The notes below the pieces were generated by a model. It was not told the origin of the DNA, searched no databases, and saw only the letters and a program-made list of their open reading frames with translations. Positions 55,871 to 64,000 of a DNA stretch of 64,000 nt are shown here, piece by piece. Origin of the DNA: Lama glama. Lineage: Eukaryota. The position numbers and the translations under genes are program-made. Within the stretch, counting starts at the first letter, position 1; every line of letters starts with the position of its first letter. The stretch covers positions 82,958,001 to 83,022,000 of the forward strand of contig CM052817.1 in NCBI GenBank assembly GCA_028534125.1, written 5' to 3'.

Positions 55871-55964
55871 ATCACAGTAGAATAAGCTCCCAGAATGGCT
55901 TCCATCAGCATCTCCATTCCAGTCACCCCCAGCCTCTCCAGGAGACTCTATAAGATCAGCACTT

Positions 55965-56100
55965 GGACCCTAACTAAACGCTGAAATTGCTGGTGCTTTA
56001 ATCTTAGACTTCCTAGCTATAGAACTGTGAGAATGTCTGTTGTTTAAGCCCCCCAGTGTGTAGTGTTTGTGTTAGAGCAGCCCATGTGAACTATGACACA
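55965..56100 (+). mobile_element. MaLR LTR 3' fragment (MLT1-like)
   Basis: tgctggtgctttaatcttagacttcctagctatagaactgtgaga...tgttgtttaagcccccagtgtgtagtg...ctatgacaca. Confidence 0.75.
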
Positions 56101-56765
56101 TGTCAGAAATGACCTGAGAAGATCCTAAGCTCTCAGCTCTGACTGATTTTTAGACTCAGTTGAAGTAGGAAGTGAAGGCTATACATGAGCATTAAACAAA
56201 CAAACTGGTAATTCTTTGAAGGAATATCCTGCACAAAGAAAATCTGCAAAGATTTGGACAAATTCATCTGTTATTTCTCTTTCTCTTTTCTTTTCTGTCT
56301 GTTTCACTCTCTCTCTGTCTCTGTCTACTCACTCTTTCTTTCTCTCTCTCTCCCTCTTGCTTTCTTGCTCTCTTTCTCAAAGACTACACAGGACAAAGAA
56401 TAAAAGGCTTCACAAAAATAGTCTAGAAAAGTCAAAACACACTCTGAAGAAAGGGAAGTATTTGATTTCCAGAGTTACCACATTGCAATTTTTTAAATGT
56501 CCAGTTTTCAACAAAGAATTATGAAGCATACAACTTAGTATGGCTCATTCACAGATCAAATATAAAATTATCCCTGAGGAAGCTCAGATATTAGACTTAC
56601 TAAACAAACACTTTAAATAAACTGTTGTATGTATGTTCAAGGAGCTAAAGAAAACCATACACAAAGAGATAAAGGAATGCATAAGAGTAATGTATGTCCA
56701 TATCAAGAATATCAACAGCGAGACAGAAATTGCAGAAAGGAACCAAGCAAATTCTGGAGTTGACA
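56100..56765 (+). mobile_element. Old LINE-1 5'/ORF1 fragment with a CT-rich tract (~56275-56380)
   Basis: tttccagagttaccacatt...aaatgtccagttttcaacaaa; ccctgaggaagctcagatattagacttactaaacaaacactttaaa. Confidence 0.75.
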
Positions 56766-59700
56766 TTGGTAGAGGAATGGTGATAGAACTGAGTCTACAC
56801 TAGTATTTTCTAGGGAAATACCTGGCCTTAAATACTTGGGAGTTTCTTGAGAATAAGGGACATTTAGAATCTTTTATCCTCAGCCAGAGTTGCAATTTAT
56901 ACACACAAAAGAGTATCTCCTGACATGATATCACAATTGTTTTATAGGTTCATGGGAAAAATAATAGTAACCTTAACAATTCTGCCAATATGAATTTCAA
57001 GGAATGTCTCTGATATTCTTTAGTCAGGAGTGGAGATTCAGATTATAAACATATTCTTCTGCAAAACTAAGTATGTGGAATCTAACCAACATTTACCATT
57101 CTGAGTAAACTGTGTGTAACTTTTTATCTTTTAATTAATATCCTACATTATTTAAAAATCTAAAATATGACAAAAGTTTTGACATAAAGCTCTTTGGCAT
57201 TCTTCCAAAATAAAATTCACTTAAAAAACTTAATAATTTCTCCACAATGATTTTAACTTACTGTAGTTACTAAAATCTGTATAATCTTTGAGCATATCTA
57301 GTTTTTAATGAAGGATAAAGGTAGACCATGATTTATTTTGCATGCCCATGATTTTTAGCCATGATTTTTAAGAAATAAGTGAATCCCTAACATTTTCAAT
57401 TCATGTTTATCCTTTACAATTAATATTATTTATTATGACATGCAATTACTGGATAATGCCCTAAATACAGGAAATACATTTTAATTACTAAACCAAGCTA
57501 GAAATAAGAGATATTTTCTTTATATTCCATTGTCAAATGGAGAGAGAGGGAAATTAGTAATAGATCAGTATGCTATTATTTTTTTCACAGTGACACTTGA
57601 TATCAGTGTCCACTTGCCCAGGTCCAAGAGATGTCAAGTTGTAATCTATGTAAAGGGAATTATGCTATAGAAGCTGCCATTCTAGTAGGTTCTATGACAT
57701 AGAGTGTATGCCACATTAATTGTGTCCCCTGTTGTTGTCCAACTTGGCAGCAGTGATCAGAATTTTTTTAAATTAATTCTATTAAAGCTAACAAAGACAC
57801 ACAGAGGAATGAAACTGAATTTGAAGGAATAAATGTGAGGCCAGTAATAAAATTACTGGTCAATTATAAAGTTAAAGGGAAGTGACTTATTCATGAATCT
57901 CTGTATTATCATATCATTGAGCAAATGGCCGACTTACACCACTCTTTCTTCCCTTAATAGCAAATTGATAGGATAAATTTTAGAACATGCTCAAAATAAA
58001 CAATATTCATTTTCAGTGGCAGCCAACAATTTGGAGAGGAGGGAGCATAACACTGTCCTATACATGAAAACTGAGATGAGGAGCTAAATATATTTACTAA
58101 CTACCAAATGGAATCAATTTTCTTTTCTTGGCTATATTCTAACAGCTGATGCCTGACTCAGCATCACCAAGCAGCACCATAGACCTTGCCTACGTTAAAC
58201 ACTAAGAATATTTCTTTTCTACGAGATGTTTTTATTAAAAGTAATAATTCTGGTCTTCCTTAAGAGAGTAAGATGGTTACCTTTGCTTTTATAAAAATGT
58301 TAAAGAGGAAAAGCCAACCAGACTTGAATACAGAAAAGTGAAGATAAAAAACTGTAAGGTTTAGAATCTATGCTATTATCTGTATAGAAAGAGTTAAGAG
58401 AAAAGTTATGTGGATTTGGATAGTTATATAAATGAATATGATACTAAGGAAAGACTAGGAATTCACCAAAAAGAACTGGATAAAATTTCATTACAAATAG
58501 AGGAAGCAATATATACAGGTACCAAGGTAGGGGACAAACATGGCTTGTTCAGCAAACCTGTGTATTTTGTTGTGACTAAAGATGAGAGACTGTGTGGTAG
58601 AAATGTAAAAGATTACAAGAGAAGTATAAGAACATATTAGAAAGTATTCCTTTCAAAAAAGTCTGTGCTTTATTTTCTAGCACTGCAATTCCCAAACTAT
58701 TCTATAGATAGCCCTTTTAATCTACAAATGGCCAATATGAATTTTCAAGAAATAATTATACAATGCAGAATTTCCTAAACTTACAATGCATAACCCATCT
58801 ACAATTGGGCAGTATCTTCAAATTGATAGGTCCATTCTCTGTGGCAGTGTTGCTTTTTAATGCCTCCCCCAGAAAAAAAAGTTTTTGTTGCTTTAATAGA
58901 TCATGTGTTATAAAATCTAAGGAGTTGTGTAAAATAGAAAGAATACAATGTTTGGCTATGCAATTTTCCTCTGTTTAACATCTATTAATAACTTACTGAA
59001 CTAGTGTTACTTTATATAATTTAGAACAAAGTACTGCAGGAATTAGTTTCAAGCTTTGTTTAGTGGGTACTGTAACTTCTACCTCACAAGGCTAACTTAA
59101 CCACTGCTATATATATATTTTTAAATGGGTAAGTTTGGGCAGTAAAGACCATAATAATTTCTCCAGAGTCTAATACCCTCTTTGGGAGACTCAGTTAAAC
59201 ACCACCAGCTGGTAAAATATTATCTCACAAGTGCTATCATATTATAGAAATAGTCCTAGTAGAAAACCAAATTCCTGATTTTCATGTTCTACATCTTATT
59301 TAGGGGGAATTAATTAATTTCTCCCGGGTCCAGCTTTTCTACTTTATAGGGATTTTGAAAGTAATGTATGCGTGTATGTTGGTTGGTGGGGGAGGAAATT
59401 AAGGAAGAGAGTAAGAAATCAGTTGATATTTGAATTATATTACTTTTAAATTGAAATTAATTATATTCAATACAAAACTTATTGTATGATTTCATAAATG
59501 GATTACATAGATTGTATCCTTGGGTCAGAAGAAAGAGAATAACCCTGAAGCTAGGAAGAGCCTACATGTTTTCACATCATGAAATCTAAATGAATCTATA
59601 GCCCTTCCTGCACTGACACTAGCAATATGAAACCCAAGCAATGTGAAGAGGAAGGCACTGTGATAAGATGGCACCCTTAGGGAATTTACTGTTTTATGAA

Positions 59701-60047
59701 AAAAACTGACCTGGGACTGGTTTTAAATAGGTATAGCCAGTATTTATCATGGGAAATGAGAGATACTGAATATAAAAAAAAGGGTTGTAGACCCAGGTAT
59801 ATAAGTTTAATTCATTATAGTATTTGTCATTAAGATAACAAAGTGTGTTATATTTTTTCTTATTATGAAGATCCTTTCAGCTTGAAACTACTCTTTTTGT
59901 CTCTGTTGATCTATATTTTACTGCAACAGAAAGTCACACTCTTTTACACAATTTGAATGCTTTTCATTGAGTACACAGAGGAGTCATAAGGATAAATAAT
60001 CACAAACCAGTAGAATGACATATTTTGCTATGATTTTAAAGTCATGT

Positions 60048-60302
60048 CTGGGAAATGCAGTTTGGTGCAGCCACTGTGGAAAACAGTATGGAGATTCCTC
60101 AAAAGACTAGGAATAGATTTACCATATGACCCAGAAATCCCACTCCTGAGCATATAACCAGAAGGAACCCTACTTCAAAAAGACACCTGCACCCCAATGT
60201 TCATAGCAGCACTATTTACAATAGCCAAAACATGGAAACAGCCTAAATGTCCATCAACAAATGACTGGATAAAGAAGATGTGGTATATTTATACAGTGGA
60301 AT
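60048..60302 (+). mobile_element. Young camelid-type LINE-1, ORF2 C-terminus, truncated by a gap
   Basis: Encodes MFIAALFTIAKTWKQPKCPSTNDWIKKMWYIYTVE, near-canonical L1 ORF2. Confidence 0.92.
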
Positions 60303-60802
60303 NNNNNNNNNNNNNNNNNNNNNNNNNNNNNNNNNNNNNNNNNNNNNNNNNNNNNNNNNNNNNNNNNNNNNNNNNNNNNNNNNNNNNNNNNNNNNNNNNN
60401 NNNNNNNNNNNNNNNNNNNNNNNNNNNNNNNNNNNNNNNNNNNNNNNNNNNNNNNNNNNNNNNNNNNNNNNNNNNNNNNNNNNNNNNNNNNNNNNNNNNN
60501 NNNNNNNNNNNNNNNNNNNNNNNNNNNNNNNNNNNNNNNNNNNNNNNNNNNNNNNNNNNNNNNNNNNNNNNNNNNNNNNNNNNNNNNNNNNNNNNNNNNN
60601 NNNNNNNNNNNNNNNNNNNNNNNNNNNNNNNNNNNNNNNNNNNNNNNNNNNNNNNNNNNNNNNNNNNNNNNNNNNNNNNNNNNNNNNNNNNNNNNNNNNN
60701 NNNNNNNNNNNNNNNNNNNNNNNNNNNNNNNNNNNNNNNNNNNNNNNNNNNNNNNNNNNNNNNNNNNNNNNNNNNNNNNNNNNNNNNNNNNNNNNNNNNN
60801 NN
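60303..60802. other. Assembly gap (500 N)
   Basis: Run of N. Confidence 1.
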
Positions 60803-61389
60803 ACATATTCTAACAGCTGTTACTTATAATATATTGGATGATTTTGTATTTTTTGGTTATCTCTTATAATATTCATAAGTATCCTTTGCTTAAACTATTA
60901 AATAATCTGGCTACTGTAAACATTAGAACCATCTGTAGTCTATGCACATAGTTTTTCTTCCCAGTGTGTTTATAGGTTTTTGGAAAAACAATGAACTTAT
61001 GGAATTTACTCAGTTTTGTTAGCAAAATATTGTAGCCAATAAATAGGGTCTCAAAAATTTTTTATGTCATATATGTTTATATTATGGTCTTTTATCTTTT
61101 GATTTATCAAGTTAGAAAGTATAAGTCTAATAAGCTCATGGAACCTAAAAGAAGGTCATTTATCTTTTAGAATAAGCTGAACTTTGAAATTGTATCTTCA
61201 ATGAAAAATACATGAATAGACTCATTATAAATCTGAACTAGGGGTGACACATACTTCATCAGTCTGAAGGTTGTACAGCATCAAATACTCAGTGTAAGCC
61301 TGACTCCAAAAAAGATAGTATTGTTAGTTCATTTTTCTCATTTTCTTGAATATCTCATAAATCTTGGACAGACATGTCTATGTAATTAT

Positions 61390-62040
61390 TTTGCCAGTGG
61401 TGGCTAGATTTTTTTTTTTTACCATCACAGAAAGAATTCAGAGATGGGATGCAGAGGTTAAGAAAGTAAAGTGAGGATTTATTAAGGGATAGATAGTATA
61501 CTCTCAAGGGGAGAGCGGGCAGGCTCAGGTGAGCAGCTGCCCTGAGTTTCTTTGGCAAGTTGGCTACATAGAGTGTAAAAATGAATGAACGGACTATTCA
61601 TTGGGGTAGGAAGGGTTTGGGATCATATTCCCTGATTCTCATCCCAACTCCATTTTCCCAAAGAGAGGAGAGATTTTTGTCCTTATTCAGTCTGGATCAG
61701 AAGTGTCATGGCGTTGGTGCATGATGGGTACTTCTAATCTGCAAGGCTAATTTTATTGAAATGAGGGCATAATGAGCCAAAGGTTACATTCGGACACTGG
61801 AGAGCTCTGCTTTTTCCCACCTTTCTTTGTTGGCCTCCAGACCACTTGTCACCCCAAAATATGTGACTTGTTATCAGCCCAGAGGTTCCTGCTTTTCTTT
61901 CTCTGCCCAGGGACCCCTGCTGTTTACAGGATGTATGGTTTCCTGTATTTGACCTGTGGCCCTCGTTTCTGCCCAATTCCTGCCGGTTGGCCTGCGTCCC
62001 CCTTTCTTTGCTCATATCTAGCTCTCTGCCTGCTCTAACG
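61390..62040 (-). mobile_element. ERV solo LTR (~650 bp)
   Basis: GC-richer block with sharp edges; minus-strand AATAAA (plus-strand tttatt ~61478) followed by a U5-like segment; right end ctctaac(g) resembles a mutated TGTTAG start. Left boundary uncertain. Confidence 0.7.
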
Positions 62041-64000
62041 ATAATACCTAAAGACAAAATAAGTTGTTGACAAATGCCCTTAAACTATATTGTTGTATTC
62101 ATTTGTGACTTCTCTTCAATAAGCACTGATAAACACACATAATTTTTAAGAGAGAATACATATTTAAAAACTGTACAGCAACCAAAAATATTAAGTAGTG
62201 TTTTCCAAGGTGAGGTAAACATACCAGTTGTAGAATGTGAAAATATTAGGAACAGTCATATGAACACACTTGTTTTTAGTTTTAATTGCTACTTATCTGT
62301 TTTATGCCTATTAGAAAAAAATAAGCACATCCAAATCTTGATTTTATGTGATATAGAAGGATATCTTGGGAAGAGTGAACCCTTAAAAAGAAAATTCTAA
62401 CTAAATGATAGTACACTTTCTGTAAAGGTATGACAAAATGATAAAGATCAGTTAAGCGTGCAAGTTTGGGGAACAGTGCATTGGGAGTCAATAGCATATT
62501 AAAATAACATTTCATTTTGTAATACAATCAATTTCACTAGCCTGTCTTCCTGGTGTATTTAGTTCTAATGTAATTCACATAAATCAGGTTGATATGTATT
62601 AGTCAAGTTCAGGTTCAGGTAAGAGTCTCAAAGCTCGTTACTGCCATACAAAGAGTGAAGGAAAACAAAAATCCCTAGCTTGAATTTATTCAGTGAAACA
62701 ATTTTGGTGGAAGTGCTTTGCAACCTCATACTATCGTACACCAAAAAAAGGAATGCAGATACATACTGCACCTGATCCTGGAAGTTGTGTATCGACTGAA
62801 CCCTCTAGCTCTCTAGTGATTGATCTCTCCACTCTAACTTCCTCTGAAATAAAACCACTTAACTTTAGTGCTGCTCAGTCTCACCGATACCTTCCCTCCC
62901 TCAGTACATACGTAACCCATATCCTCAAAACTGTCAAGTTTTTTAACATGGAGACAATCTTAATAAGTTTGTGGTATACGTTTAGCAAAAGCAGTACTGA
63001 AGGAGGTCTGGAAAAAAGAGCACATTGGCTTTATTCATACACATTATTCATATAACCGTCTTTTACAGCTATACAAAGTCTTCTGTGTTCTCTACTTGTT
63101 ATAATAATTTGTGCTTAATTGTCTGACTATCAAGATTTTTTTTAAGTTTATTGCCACTCAATAACATTTATTTGTACATTAACTTGTGACACAAAGGAAT
63201 ATTGTACTGTATTGCGATGGAAACAACTTTGAAGTTTGAGTCCTAAAACTTTTTAATCTTCATGGAGGAATATGATCATCTTGGGAAAGGAGTGGATTAT
63301 TTAGGACGGGGATATGCCCAGATTTCTGTGCTTGAAGAGGAAGTAACAGAAAAGATAACTTGATGTAAGCCTAGAAGTATTACTTTGTAAATCGCTGCAC
63401 CATTGATGTAATCTGTACTTTTCTCCTACCACAGGAGATGTCTTAGGCATCTCTTTGACTTCCCAGATGGCACTGGAATCTGTTTTCTTAGATTCTTTTG
63501 GTTCTGTTTGTTCTTTCATCAAATGTTATTTTAGTGAATATGCTTTATAAAGGAATTAAAAGTTTACAAGATTTTCTTTTTAATAGCAAACATATGAAGT
63601 GATTTGCTTCTTAACCTCTGAGCAGTTTTCATTTCATAATAATAGCCATTTAAATATGAAACTGATCTTAAGGATAATCTTTGACCAGTTTCCTGGATGA
63701 TCAATTTGTGAAACATTAAGTTTTTGGGTTTTTTTTTTTTGCCACTTGATAAAATTTAACAACACACCTGTGTCTTGCATGTGACTGTACATATGTAATC
63801 TGCAGGTAAAGAGAGAGAAGAAGGGGTAAAGGAGGAGTGGGAGGATTTCTTTTCAAGGAAAAGAAAATGTCTTAGTATAAAAATGCATGTATATGAAACT
63901 AAGTCATCAGAAAAATGTGGATATCTGTACATGATTGGAAATAGAGAAGCTAAATTGATTTACAATAGAATGAATAGGGTTATTTGTGGATATGGTAAGA

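Noticed and set aside
48979..55926. Numerous ORFs with L1 ORF1/ORF2-like peptides
   Set aside because: Disrupted retrotransposon remnants with stops and frameshifts; not a host gene or an intact reverse-transcriptase system.
58410..58640. 76-aa plus-strand ORF
   Set aside because: Starts at GTG, lies in purine-rich probably L2-derived sequence, and has no recognisable homology.
60197..60829. 210/187/177-aa ORFs
   Set aside because: They span an N gap; the real part is an L1 ORF2 fragment.
63301..63522. Minus-strand ORF MKEQTEPKESKKTDSSAIWEVKEMPK...
   Set aside because: Protein-like composition, but no recognisable homology and no convincing splice or promoter context.
1..64000. CRISPR array, operon or prokaryotic defence system
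   Set aside because: The sequence is mammalian; no regularly spaced direct repeats or long gene-like ORFs were seen.

Overview
AT-rich, CpG-depleted mammalian (eutherian) DNA, either intronic or intergenic. The young LINE-1 fragments resemble camelid (alpaca/camel-type) L1, and I see no Alu, Bov-A/BovB, PRE-1 or Can-SINE, so a camelid origin is likely; this rests on recalled consensus sequences, not a search. A large part of the window is transposon-derived: old and young L1, L2, MIR, MaLR/MLT1 LTRs, an ERV solo LTR, and hAT/Tigger MITEs. There are three assembly gaps (100, 500 and 500 N). I recognise no protein-coding gene; the supplied ORFs look like noise or L1 ORF1/ORF2 remnants. The clearest unexplained structure is a long inverted repeat at ~29993-30410 (114-bp ungapped core, 7 mismatches) that matches no repeat I know. 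It lies in a repeat-poor segment (~27.5-31 kb) that also holds a CCAAT/E-box cluster and several strong minus-strand splice signals. Other points are a twin-primed inverted old L1 with a 12-bp target-site duplication (TSD), a CpG-enriched promoter-like patch and a few candidate exons. Repeat family names and boundaries are by eye and approximate. I cannot support a claim of a novel biological system.
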